Shown piece by piece: positions 9,065 through 18,183 of a stretch of 64,000 bases of DNA (position 1 is the first letter of the stretch; every line of letters starts with the position of its first letter). The DNA is from Myxococcota bacterium. Lineage in GTDB: Bacteria > Myxococcota_A > UBA9160 > JAFDDA01. A program made the position numbers and the translations under genes. The notes under the pieces are model-generated. The model did no database searches, was not told the origin of the DNA, and saw only the letters and a list, made by a program, of their open reading frames with translations. The stretch is taken from positions 1,504,001 through 1,568,000 of the forward strand of contig OZ245817.1 of the NCBI GenBank assembly GCA_965228475.1. The letters are read 5' to 3'.

Positions 9065-9259
9065 CTAGCGGCTCGGCGGAGGCTCCGCGGCCTCGGCCCG
9101 TTCTTCGCGCTCCGGGCAGGCGTCGTCGTCCTCGAGATGGCGGTGGGCCGGCCCTTCCCAATCGTCGAACTCCCCGCGCCGGACGGAACGCACGACGATC
9201 CACAGCAGCACGCCCGCGAGCAGGAGCGAGGCCGGGATGGTGATGGCGAGGAAGCTCAT
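9065..9259 (-). CDS. ccoS: cbb3-type oxidase assembly protein CcoS/FixS
   Basis: TM + SVRRGEFDDWEGPAHR, last gene of cco operon. Confidence 0.85.
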   Translation of the reverse strand: MSFLAITIPASLLLAGVLLWIVVRSVRRGEFDDWEGPAHRHLEDDDACPEREERAEAAEPPPSR

Positions 9260-9269
9260 CCCGCTGCCC

Positions 9270-11483
9270 TCATGAGCCCGGCTCCCAGCGGAGCAGGCGG
9301 ATGCTGTTCGCCGTCACCGCGACCGAAGAGAGGCTCATCGCGACCGCCGCCCAGAGCGGCGTGAGCACGCCCGTCGCGGCCAGAGGGATCGCGACGATGT
9401 TGTAGCCGATGGCCATGGCCAGGTTCTGGCGGATGCGCCGAAGCGTCACCCGCGAGAGCTCGACGGCGTCGGGCAGGGCCTCGAGCCGCGGCGCCCGGAT
9501 CACCACGTCGGCGGCGTGGATCGCCACGTCGGCACCGCGGGCCATGGCGATGCCGACGTCCGCGGCCGCGAGGGCCGCCGCGTCGTTGATGCCGTCCCCG
9601 GCCATGAGCACGCATTCTTCCGCCGCCTGGTGGCGCGCGACGGATTCGACCTTCTCCTCGGGAGACACCTCGGCGGCGAAGGTCTCGATCCCGGCGCGGG
9701 CGGCGGCCCGCGCGACGGCGCTCGCGTGGTCCCCGCTCAGCAGGGAGGTCTCGCTGCCGAGGGCACCGAGCCGTTCGACCGCGCGGGCCGCGTCCTCGCG
9801 CGGTGCGTCCGAGAAGGCGAGCAGGCCCGTGACCGCAGCGTCTTCGGCGACGAAGGCGAGGGAAGCGCCGCGCTCCCGGGCCTCGCGCGCGGCGGCTTCG
9901 AGACGTGCGTCCGGAACGAGGCCGTGCTCGGCGAGCCACTTCTCGGAGCCGACGAGCACGCGGTCGTCGCCTTCGCCGGCGGCGACGCCGAGCCCCGCGC
10001 GGGCGGTGCGGTGCGTCCGCTCGCGCACGTCGAGGCCCGCCTCCGCGGCGGCGCGGGCGATGGCGGTCGCCACCGGGTGGAGACTCGTCCCTTCGGCGGA
10101 GGCGGCGGCCCGCAGGACGTCCTTCGCATCGCGGCCCTCGGCCGCATCGATCCGTTCGAGCGTGAGCCGCCCTTCGCTGAGCGTTCCGGTCTTGTCGAGG
10201 ATCACGCGGTCGACGCGCGCACAGCGTTCGATGGCTTCGCCCGACTTGAACAGGATGCCCTTGGCGGCCGCGCGGCCGATCGCCGCGGTGATGGCCGCAG
10301 GGGTCGCGAGCCCGAGAGCGCACGGGCAGGCGACGATCAGGACGGCAGCGGTGTAGAGGGCGACGTCGAGGGGCGCCGCGCCGCGCAGGGCCGTCATCAC
10401 CGCGGTCAGGGCGGCGATGGCGAGCACCGCCGGCGCGAAGACGGTGGCGACGCGATCGACGAGCCGTTGGACCCGGGGCTTTTCGGTCTGGGCCCGCTCG
10501 AGCAGGGCGACCATGCGTGCGAGGTTGCCTTCGCGCGGCGCGGCGGTCACCCGCAGCTCGATCTCCGCGAGGAGGTTGCGCGAGCCGCCGACCACGGCGT
10601 CACCGGGGCCCCGGGTCACGGGGAGCGACTCCCCCGAGAGCAGGGCTTCGTCGAACTCGCTCTCGCCGTAGAGGAGGATCGCGTCGGCGGGAACGCCCTC
10701 GCCGGGGGCGACGACGATGACGTCGCCGGCCACGAGCTCGTCCCGGGGCACCGTTTCGAGACCGGCACCGCTCCTTCGCCGTGCCGTCTCCGGGGCGAGC
10801 GCGGCCAGCGATTCCACCGCGGCCGAGGCACGCGCACGGGCCCGCCGTTCGAGCGTTCGACCGAGCAGGACGAGGAAGACGATCATCGCGGCCGAGTCGA
10901 TGTAGACGTGGTGGCTTTCGCCGAGCGTCGCCGCGATCGAGGCGGCGAAGGAGACGCTGATCCCGAGCACGACCGGCACGTCGATCGGGATCGTCCCCGA
11001 GCGGAGCCCGCGGAAGGCCCCCTTCCAGAAGGGCGCGGCGCACCAGGTGACCGCGGGGACCGAGAGGGCGACCGCGATCCAGCGCAGGCCCCGTCGCGTC
11101 GTCTCGTCGATGCCCTCGAAGGCGCCGATGTAGAGCGCGACGGCGAGCCACATCACGTTGCCGGCCAGGAATGCCGCCACGAGCACGCGAACCAGCGCGT
11201 CGCGGGCCTGCTGCTCCGCCGGGCGATCGAGGGCGGCCGGATCGTAGGGCGTGGCTTCGTAGCCGAGCTCCTCGATGCAGCCGACCAGGGCTTCGGTCGG
11301 CGCCTCCTTCGCATCGTGGCTCACCCGCGCGCGGTGGTTCGTGTAGTTGACGACGGCCTCGCGGACGCCGGGCAGCTCGCGCAGCGCCCGCTCCACCCGC
11401 CCGACGCAGCCCGCGCAGCGGAGCCCGTCGAGGAAGAGACCCGTCTCGGACGTTCCGGGGGCCCCGGCCGTCGATTCACTCAC
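9270..11483 (-). CDS. ccoI: Copper-type P1B ATPase CcoI/FixI
   Basis: CAGC HMA domain, CPCAL, DKTGT, HP, GDGIND. Confidence 0.92.
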   Translation of the reverse strand: MSESTAGAPGTSETGLFLDGLRCAGCVGRVERALRELPGVREAVVNYTNHRARVSHDAKEAPTEALVGCIEELGYEATPYDPAALDRPAEQQARDALVRVLVAAFLAGNVMWLAVALYIGAFEGIDETTRRGLRWIAVALSVPAVTWCAAPFWKGAFRGLRSGTIPIDVPVVLGISVSFAASIAATLGESHHVYIDSAAMIVFLVLLGRTLERRARARASAAVESLAALAPETARRRSGAGLETVPRDELVAGDVIVVAPGEGVPADAILLYGESEFDEALLSGESLPVTRGPGDAVVGGSRNLLAEIELRVTAAPREGNLARMVALLERAQTEKPRVQRLVDRVATVFAPAVLAIAALTAVMTALRGAAPLDVALYTAAVLIVACPCALGLATPAAITAAIGRAAAKGILFKSGEAIERCARVDRVILDKTGTLSEGRLTLERIDAAEGRDAKDVLRAAASAEGTSLHPVATAIARAAAEAGLDVRERTHRTARAGLGVAAGEGDDRVLVGSEKWLAEHGLVPDARLEAAAREARERGASLAFVAEDAAVTGLLAFSDAPREDAARAVERLGALGSETSLLSGDHASAVARAAARAGIETFAAEVSPEEKVESVARHQAAEECVLMAGDGINDAAALAAADVGIAMARGADVAIHAADVVIRAPRLEALPDAVELSRVTLRRIRQNLAMAIGYNIVAIPLAATGVLTPLWAAVAMSLSSVAVTANSIRLLRWEPGS

Positions 11484-11664
11484 CGCCGGCGCCCGGCCGT
11501 TCGAGCTCGCGGGCGTACTCGAGCCCTGCCCGGTAGGCGTCGTCGACGACGGTCGGGTCCGGGTTGCGGATCGCCGTCGCCAGGAAGAGGAGCGAGACGC
11601 TGATCATTCCGCCGAGCAGGCTCGCGATGATCCAGGGCCAGGGTTCACGTCGATCATCCGCCAT
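11476..11664 (-). CDS. ccoH: Short FixH/CcoH-like protein (62 aa)
   Basis: REPWPW-TM-VVDDAYRAGLEY FixH N-terminal motif, between ccoG and ccoI. Confidence 0.7.
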   Translation of the reverse strand: MADDRREPWPWIIASLLGGMISVSLLFLATAIRNPDPTVVDDAYRAGLEYARELERPGAGGE

Positions 11665-12997
11665 GGAAGGCTCCTTGCTGTGCAGACCCCTGGGCCGAAA
11701 CCGGGGCGACGAAGGTGGACTCGCGGACGAGCTCGCGGATCTCGCCGTCGCTGCGCCGGAGTCGGAAGGAGATGGGCATCGCACCGGCGCCGAGCTCCGG
11801 CGCGCCCGGGTCGACCACCACGAACACGCGCGTCTCGACGTGCCGGATGGGGGCGACCGAGACCGGGTTGCTCCCGGCGACCAGCTCGAAGCCGTCCGGT
11901 GCGTCGAGCAGGATCTCGAAGGCGTGGGCCTCGCGGTCGCGGTTGGTGATGAACACGGTGTAGGCGTTCGTGAGCCGGCCGTCCCCGGTGGAGCCGAACA
12001 TCTGACTCCGGTTGTGCTCGACGTCGAAGTCGACGGGAACCCGCTGGCCGAGCAGGACGAGGAACGAACCCGCGATGACCGCGAGCATCGTCGTGTAGAC
12101 CAGCACCCGGGAGCGGAAGATCCGGGCTTCGCGCAGGCCCTCGAGGCTCACCCAGGCCCGGTAGTCGATCAGGCCGCGTTTCCGCCCGAGGCGGGCCATC
12201 ACGCCGTCGCAGGCGTCGATGCACTGGGTGCAGGTGATGCACTCGAGCTGCATGCCGTCGCGGATGTCGATCTCCGACGGGCAGACGGCCACGCACAGCC
12301 CGCAGTCCACGCAGTCTCCGGCGGTCGAACCGCGCTTGCCGCGGGGCTCGCCGCGCGCGGCGTCGTAGCCGATCACGAGCGTGTCGCGGTCGAAGAGCAC
12401 GCTCTGGAGCCGGGCGTAGGGGCAGAGGAACTTGCAGAAGGTCTGGCGCACGAAGGCGAAGTCCAGATAGGCCAGGGCCGAGAGGACGAGGACGAAGCCG
12501 CCGGCGACGGCCGGGGGTTCTCCCCGGAAGGTCGAAGCGAGCAGTGCGTCGATCGGGTGGAAGTATCCGACCACGTGCACGCCCACGACCAGCGCGATCG
12601 CGAGGAACACGAGATGGGTGAGCGCCTTTCGCCAGGGGGCGATGCGGCGCGGCGGGCCCCCGGCGCTCCAGCCCTGGATGCGGCGCGCGATCCCAGCGAA
12701 CACGTCCGTGAAGACGGTCTGCGGGCAGGCCCAGCCGCACCACACGCGGCCGGCCAGCGCCGTGAAGAGGAAGAGCGCGAGCGCGACGCCGGCGATCAGG
12801 AGCCAGAGGAAGAGGAGCTCCTGGGGGAAGATCACGAGGCCGAACACGTGGAACTTGCGCCCCGGGATGTCGAGCCACACGAGCGGGTCGCCCTGGATGC
12901 GGATCCACGGGATGCCGAGGAGCACGGCGATCAGGACGACGTTGGCCCAGGTTCGAAGCGTCCGGAAACGACCCCGGACGGGGCGCGCGCTCAGCAC
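11654..12997 (-). CDS. ccoG: Cytochrome c oxidase accessory protein CcoG
   Basis: GRVWCGWACPQTVF, CKFLCPY, CVDCGLCVAVCP, CITCTQCIDAC. Confidence 0.95.
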   Translation of the reverse strand: MLSARPVRGRFRTLRTWANVVLIAVLLGIPWIRIQGDPLVWLDIPGRKFHVFGLVIFPQELLFLWLLIAGVALALFLFTALAGRVWCGWACPQTVFTDVFAGIARRIQGWSAGGPPRRIAPWRKALTHLVFLAIALVVGVHVVGYFHPIDALLASTFRGEPPAVAGGFVLVLSALAYLDFAFVRQTFCKFLCPYARLQSVLFDRDTLVIGYDAARGEPRGKRGSTAGDCVDCGLCVAVCPSEIDIRDGMQLECITCTQCIDACDGVMARLGRKRGLIDYRAWVSLEGLREARIFRSRVLVYTTMLAVIAGSFLVLLGQRVPVDFDVEHNRSQMFGSTGDGRLTNAYTVFITNRDREAHAFEILLDAPDGFELVAGSNPVSVAPIRHVETRVFVVVDPGAPELGAGAMPISFRLRRSDGEIRELVRESTFVAPVSAQGSAQQGAFHGG

Positions 12998-13003
12998 GGC
13001 GCC

Positions 13004-13567
13004 CTAGCTCCCGGGCGGAGCGGCGTCGGGCGCACCCACCCCCGGTTCGTCGGACTTCGGCAGCGTCTCCAGGTACGCCAGGGCCTTCCAGATCTTCTCG
13101 GACCCGAGCTGCACGCCCCAGGGCGGCATCCCGAGCGGGCGCCCTTCGGCCACGCTCACGTACAGCGCCTCGTCGTCGTCCCCGTACTTCCAGTAGGGAT
13201 CGACCAGGCTCGGCCCGACCAGGCCGCGGCCGTCCGCGAGGTGGCAGGCGGCGCAGGTCGTGGCGAACACCTCGCGGCCCTCCTCGATGGCCGCGGCGTC
13301 GCCGCGGAACGGGTTCTCCGAGGGCAGCTCCGGGCGGTTCGCCGCGATCACCGCCTGGGCGGTCTCGACCTCGGCCCGCCACTGACCCTCGGCGGACCAG
13401 CCGGAGAACAGGTAGTAGGGCGTGTAGATGCAGGCGAAGAGGATCGACGCGACGAAGGTCCAGTTGAACCACGGCGGGATCGGGTTGTCTTCCTCTTCGA
13501 TGCCGTCGCGCATCGGCGCGCCTTCGGTCGGGAGCTCGGCGATCTTCTCGTGCAGTTCGTCGTTCAT
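13004..13567 (-). CDS. ccoP: cbb3 oxidase subunit III (mono-haem)
   Basis: DGIEEEDNPIPPWF N-terminal motif; single CAACH; MPPWG. Confidence 0.88.
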   Translation of the reverse strand: MNDELHEKIAELPTEGAPMRDGIEEEDNPIPPWFNWTFVASILFACIYTPYYLFSGWSAEGQWRAEVETAQAVIAANRPELPSENPFRGDAAAIEEGREVFATTCAACHLADGRGLVGPSLVDPYWKYGDDDEALYVSVAEGRPLGMPPWGVQLGSEKIWKALAYLETLPKSDEPGVGAPDAAPPGS

Positions 13568-13716
13568 CCCTCGTCCTCTTCGAGCATGCGCCGCGCCGGC
13601 GCTTCCAGGCGTTCCCGGTTGGCGGGGCGGTACAGGTAGGCGGTGATCCCGGCCAGCACGAGAGCCAGCAGCGCAAGGCGGCCGAACTTGTAGATGGCGA
13701 CCCAGTCTTCCGTCAC
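13564..13716 (-). CDS. ccoQ: cbb3 oxidase subunit CcoQ
   Basis: 50 aa TM + YRPANRERLEAPA; overlaps ccoO stop and ccoP start. Confidence 0.75.
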   Translation of the reverse strand: MTEDWVAIYKFGRLALLALVLAGITAYLYRPANRERLEAPARRMLEEDEG

Positions 13717-14423
13717 GGTGCACTCTCCATTCGCGAGGCCTCGAAGGATTCCCGCGTCACCGCGGTGCCGAGGGCCTGGAGGTAGGCGATCAGGGCCAGC
13801 GCCTCGCTGCGCATGTTCTCCTCGGAGAGCGTGAGCCCGTCCTTCTGCAGGGAGGCGACGACGGTGGCGGCCTCGGCCCAGGCGTCGTCGGCCGCGTTCG
13901 CGATCTCTTCGTCGGAGTAGGGGTGACCGAGACCCCGCAGGACGGAGAGCTTCTTCGAAGAGAGCGACGTATCGAGCTCGTTCGTCAGCAGGAAGCCGAA
14001 GTCCGGCATGTTCGAGCGCGGCTCGATGCTGCGCGGCTCCTTCAGGTGGATCCAGTGCCAGGAGTCCGGGTACTTCTTCCCGATGCGCGCCAGGTCCGGC
14101 CCCGTGCGCCGCGAGCCGAACAGGAATGGGCGGTCGTAGACGTGCTCGCCGGCCATCGTGAAGGGGCCGTAGCGATCGGTTTCGCTGCGCAGCGGACGGA
14201 TCTGCTGGCTGTGGCAGACGTTGCAGCCCTCCCGGATGTAGATGTCCCGGCCCTCGAGCTCGAGCGCGCTGTAGGGCCGCACGCCGGGGATCGCGACGAT
14301 CGTTCCCTGGAGGAAGTAGGGCGGGATCAGGAGGGCGAGGCCGCCCACCGCGATCGCGAGCAGCGTCAGCACGGTGAACGTCACGCCCTTGGCTTCGAGC
14401 TTCCGGTGTCCTTCCCACGCCAT
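13713..14423 (-). CDS. ccoO: cbb3 oxidase subunit II
   Basis: GRDIYIREGCNVCHSQQIRP, GSRRTGPDLAR. Confidence 0.96.
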   Translation of the reverse strand: MAWEGHRKLEAKGVTFTVLTLLAIAVGGLALLIPPYFLQGTIVAIPGVRPYSALELEGRDIYIREGCNVCHSQQIRPLRSETDRYGPFTMAGEHVYDRPFLFGSRRTGPDLARIGKKYPDSWHWIHLKEPRSIEPRSNMPDFGFLLTNELDTSLSSKKLSVLRGLGHPYSDEEIANAADDAWAEAATVVASLQKDGLTLSEENMRSEALALIAYLQALGTAVTRESFEASRMESAP

Positions 14424-14424
14424 C

Positions 14425-15873
14425 TCAGCGTCCCCCCGCCACGGCGCCGATCGGTTCGCTCGACGGTTCTGGGATGCGGCTCGTTCCCTGCTGGATGGTG
14501 CGGATCACGTTGTAGAACATGATCAGCGCGCCCACGAGGAACACCGCGCCGCCGCCGGCGCGCAGCACGTCGTAGATGCGGATGGCCGACACCGTCTCGA
14601 TGAACGAGTAGGTCAGGCTCCCGTCGTCCTCGTACGCGCGCCACATCAGGCCCTGGGTCACGCCGGACACCCACATCGGCGTCACGTAGAGGAGCACGCC
14701 GATCGTCGCCGTCCAGAAGTGCACCTCCGCCAGCCGCACGCTGTAGAGCGTGGTGTGCCAGAGGCGCGGGATCAGGTAGTAGAGCGTCGCGAAGCAGGTG
14801 AGGCCCACCCAGCCGAGGGCGCCCGAGTGCACGTGGCCGATCGTCCAGTTGGTGAAGTGCGAGAGCGAGTTCACCGTCTTGAGCGACATCATCGGCCCCT
14901 CGAAGGTGCTCATGCCGTAGAAGGTCAGGCCGACGACGAACATCTTGAGGAGCGGGTCGGTGCGCAGCTTGTCCCAGGCGCCGCGCAGGGTGAGCAGGCC
15001 GTTCAGCATCCCGCCCCAGGAGGGCAGGATCAGCATGATCGAGAAGGCGGTCCCGAACGTCTGCGCCCAGTCCGGCAGCGGCGAGTAGATCAGGTGGTGG
15101 GGGCCGGCCCAGATGTAGATGAAGATCAGGGACCAGAAGTGCAGGATCGAGAGCCGGTGCGAGTAGATCGGCCGGCCCGCCTGCTTGGGCAGGAAGTAGT
15201 ACATGAGACCGAGGATGGGCGTCGTCAGCAGGAACCCGACGGCGTTGTGCCCGTACCACCACTGGATGTTCGCGTCGTGGATGCCGGCGTAGATCGAGTA
15301 GGACTTCCACATCGAGACCGGCATCTCGAGGCTGTTGAAGATGTGGAGCATCGCGATGGTCAGGACGGTGGCCAGCCAGAACCAGATCGCCGCGTACATG
15401 CTCTTCTCGCGCCGCTTCGCGAGGGTCCCGAAGAAGTTCACCGCGTAGATCACCCAGACGACGGCGATGGCGATGTCGAGGGGCCACTCGAGCTCCGCGT
15501 ACTCCTTCGAGGTGGTCTTGCCGAGGGTCAGGCTCACGGCCGCCGCGACGATGATCGCGTTCCAACCCCAGAGATTGATGCGCGAGAGCGTGTCGGAGAA
15601 CATCCGGACGCGGCACAGGCGCTGGAGGCCGTAGTAGGACCCGGCGAAGACGACGCCGAGCGTGAAGCCGAAGATCACGGCGTTGGTGTGGATGGGCCGG
15701 AGCCGCCCGAAGTGCAGGATTCCCCAGTTGGTCTCGGGCCAGGCCAGCTGGATGGCCGCGATCAGGCCGACCAACATGCCGACGATGCCCCAGACGAGTG
15801 CCGAGATGGCAAACCCCCGCACCACGGCCATGTCGTACTCGACCGGTCCCTCTTGCGTGACAGCCTCGCTCAA
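14425..15873 (-). CDS. ccoN: cbb3 oxidase subunit I
   Basis: [33 protein letters not shown] start with GGAGG RBS. Confidence 0.96.
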   Translation of the reverse strand: MSEAVTQEGPVEYDMAVVRGFAISALVWGIVGMLVGLIAAIQLAWPETNWGILHFGRLRPIHTNAVIFGFTLGVVFAGSYYGLQRLCRVRMFSDTLSRINLWGWNAIIVAAAVSLTLGKTTSKEYAELEWPLDIAIAVVWVIYAVNFFGTLAKRREKSMYAAIWFWLATVLTIAMLHIFNSLEMPVSMWKSYSIYAGIHDANIQWWYGHNAVGFLLTTPILGLMYYFLPKQAGRPIYSHRLSILHFWSLIFIYIWAGPHHLIYSPLPDWAQTFGTAFSIMLILPSWGGMLNGLLTLRGAWDKLRTDPLLKMFVVGLTFYGMSTFEGPMMSLKTVNSLSHFTNWTIGHVHSGALGWVGLTCFATLYYLIPRLWHTTLYSVRLAEVHFWTATIGVLLYVTPMWVSGVTQGLMWRAYEDDGSLTYSFIETVSAIRIYDVLRAGGGAVFLVGALIMFYNVIRTIQQGTSRIPEPSSEPIGAVAGGR

Positions 15874-15926
15874 GATGATCCCCTCCACGGCGCGCGGGCA
15901 GGCCCGCACGGCGTGCCCTGCCGGAT

Positions 15927-15942
15927 TGCAAAGGCAGTACCA
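15927..15942 (-). promoter_or_regulatory. Sigma-54 promoter for cco operon
   Basis: TGGTAC-TGCCT-TTGCA on minus strand. Confidence 0.75.
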
Positions 15943-16065
15943 AGGGCGGGGCGAAGGGATGGCTCGCTCCGCACTGCGGTGTGCCTTTCTGGCGCAATCG
16001 AGGGGTTTCGAGGGACGAAACGGCACGAACCCGAGGTCGTCGGCCGGAGCTTCGGGCCGTCCCGC

Positions 16066-16081
16066 TGGTACAAAACCTGCT
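16066..16081 (+). promoter_or_regulatory. Sigma-54 promoter for hemerythrin gene
   Basis: TGGTAC-AAAAC-CTGCT. Confidence 0.65.
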
Positions 16082-16093
16082 CTAAGATGCGGA

Positions 16094-16534
16094 ATGTCCA
16101 GCCGCGAAGATCAGACCGGCCTGCGCCTGCGCATCGACCGCGAGGCGCGCCGCATCTCCTCCCAGCACCGCCAGCTCGATGTCTTCTACGAGCGCGTGAT
16201 CCACTTCCTCACCGGTGGCGACGCCGCCCGCGCCCGCGCCGAGTTCCTCCGGCTCTGCGACGCGCTCGAGGCACACTTCACCGTCGAGGAGCGCATGCAC
16301 TTCCCCGCATTGCACGGCCTGCGTCCCGAGCTCGACGCCGAGCTCGCCGGGCTCGTGGAAGAACACAAGGCGTTTCGCTCGGCGCTCGAAGCGATCACCG
16401 GACATCTCCAAGGCTCGGAGCTCGGCCGGGCTTCCGCGGCCCTCGACCGGCTCGTGGTCGACCTGGCCGCCCACGAAGGGCGCGAGGAGAAGATGGCCGA
16501 GCAGCTCGATCGGTCGCCCGGCGAGACCCGCTGA
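16094..16534 (+). CDS. Hemerythrin-like (HHE) domain protein
   Basis: QH...[11 protein letters not shown]...EEH...HEGREE. Confidence 0.85.
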   Translation: MSSREDQTGLRLRIDREARRISSQHRQLDVFYERVIHFLTGGDAARARAEFLRLCDALEAHFTVEERMHFPALHGLRPELDAELAGLVEEHKAFRSALEAITGHLQGSELGRASAALDRLVVDLAAHEGREEKMAEQLDRSPGETR

Positions 16535-16605
16535 CACGCTCCGGGGCCGTTTCGTGACCCTTTGCCCCGTTCGTTCCCGCCGCGAGCGATGAGTTCGCGC
16601 AGGAG

Positions 16606-16621
16606 CGGCACGCTCCTTGCT
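16606..16621 (+). promoter_or_regulatory. Sigma-54 promoter for OM barrel gene
   Basis: CGGCAC-GCTCC-TTGCT. Confidence 0.7.
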
Positions 16622-16652
16622 CATGGACATGGCAATCCCAGAGGAGGGTGTC

Positions 16653-17624
16653 ATGTCTCTCAGGCGCATCACTCGCGCAATCGCCGTCATCGTCTTGTTC
16701 GCCGCCAACCCGGTATCGGCCGCGGCCCCCGAAGACTGTCCCAAGTGGTTCCCCGACTTCCGGTGTGACCGGGCCCCGCGCTACGAGGGATTCGTCATGC
16801 CCATGACGGCGCCCTACCTCTTCGAGGAGCCCTTCGTGAACTCGGGCTTCGCGCTGCAGTACGTGCACCACGACTTCCCGGACGACTCGGTCCTCGACGG
16901 CGGGTACGCCTCGGTGCTGGCGCTCCAGGCGCGGGTCGCGATCACCGACCGCCTGGCCTTCATCGCCACCAAGGACGGCTACACCTGGCTTCGGCCGGGC
17001 CACCGCCTCCTGCGCGACCAGCAGGGATTCTTCGACATCACGGCGGGCTTCAAGTACGTCCTGATCGATCGGCCCGAGGACAACTTCATCCTCACGCCGA
17101 GCCTCCGCTTCGAGGTGCCGACGGGCAGCTCGGACGTCTTCTCCGGAAACGGCAACGGCGTGGCGATCCCGGGCGTGTCCTGGGGCTGGGGCCTCGGGAA
17201 CTTCCACATCCTCGGGAACCTCGGCGGGCAGATCCCCTTCGACCGCGGGGACGAGAGCACGTCGCTCTTCTACAACTTCCACTTCGACTACGGCGTCCAC
17301 AAACACTTCGTGCCCTTCATGGAGCTGAACGGCCAGCACTGGACCGACAGCGGCACCGGCGGCTTCCGCGTGCGCACCCGGGTCGGGACGCTGCCGCTTC
17401 GCACCATCCAGAACCTGCTCGGGAACGGCCGCGGCGACGGCAACGACGTGGTGAACCTGGGCTCCCAGGGCGTGGACGGGAACAACATCGTGACGCTGGC
17501 CTTCGGCGCCCGGATCCCGCTGACGAAGCACGTGCACGCGGGCTTCGCCTACGAGTTCCCGGTGACGTCGCGGGAAGATCTCTTCCAGCAACGCGGGCAG
17601 GTCTCCCTGAACTACGAGTTCTAG
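16653..17624 (+). CDS. Putative outer-membrane beta-barrel protein
   Basis: Signal peptide, amphipathic beta strands, C-terminal ...QVSLNYEF BAM-type signal. Confidence 0.75.
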   Translation: MSLRRITRAIAVIVLFAANPVSAAAPEDCPKWFPDFRCDRAPRYEGFVMPMTAPYLFEEPFVNSGFALQYVHHDFPDDSVLDGGYASVLALQARVAITDRLAFIATKDGYTWLRPGHRLLRDQQGFFDITAGFKYVLIDRPEDNFILTPSLRFEVPTGSSDVFSGNGNGVAIPGVSWGWGLGNFHILGNLGGQIPFDRGDESTSLFYNFHFDYGVHKHFVPFMELNGQHWTDSGTGGFRVRTRVGTLPLRTIQNLLGNGRGDGNDVVNLGSQGVDGNNIVTLAFGARIPLTKHVHAGFAYEFPVTSREDLFQQRGQVSLNYEF

Positions 17625-17673
17625 GTCCGCGGCGGCCGGGGCCGCCGGATTCGAGCTTCGTTATCGTCGGCCG

Positions 17674-18183
17674 GTGTCGGAGATCCGCCTTCCGAAACAG
17701 ATCGAACCCGCGTGCGCGGACCGGCTCGTCGCCGCCTTTCGGGCGAGCGAGCGGCAGCTCTGGGACCGCGGGAGCCTGTCCGTTCCGGATGCGCGCCTGA
17801 CCGCGCGGGTCCGCGAGGCCCTCGCTTCGGCCCGGGCGGCCAGCCGACTCCTGCGCGGATTCGAGGCCGCGGAGCGGGCCCTCGACGCGGAGGCACGCGG
17901 GCAGCGCCGCGTCGATCGCAAGACCGGCGTCGCGCGTGGCGGCCGCGTCTCCCGGCTGCTCCTGCTCGCGGACGATGGCTCCGAGCGGTTCTACCGCAAC
18001 GCGGAGTCGCTTCTCCTGCGTCACGAACCGCGCGTCCTCGCGATGCGCTTCGCGGCCGACCAGAACGAGCTCGGCGAGCTGTGTTTCGGACCCGGGCACG
18101 TGGCCCGGGCGTTGCTGGTCGAGCACAAGGACGCGGTGGCGGACGTCCTGGTGGCCATGGACGAAGACCGGGATGTTGCCTGA
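17674..18183 (+). CDS. Divergent L7Ae/L30e (YlxQ-like) fold protein
   Basis: LASARAASRLLRGFEAAERAL...LLLLADDGSE...ELGEL pattern matches the L7Ae family by eye. Confidence 0.55.
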   Translation: MSEIRLPKQIEPACADRLVAAFRASERQLWDRGSLSVPDARLTARVREALASARAASRLLRGFEAAERALDAEARGQRRVDRKTGVARGGRVSRLLLLADDGSERFYRNAESLLLRHEPRVLAMRFAADQNELGELCFGPGHVARALLVEHKDAVADVLVAMDEDRDVA

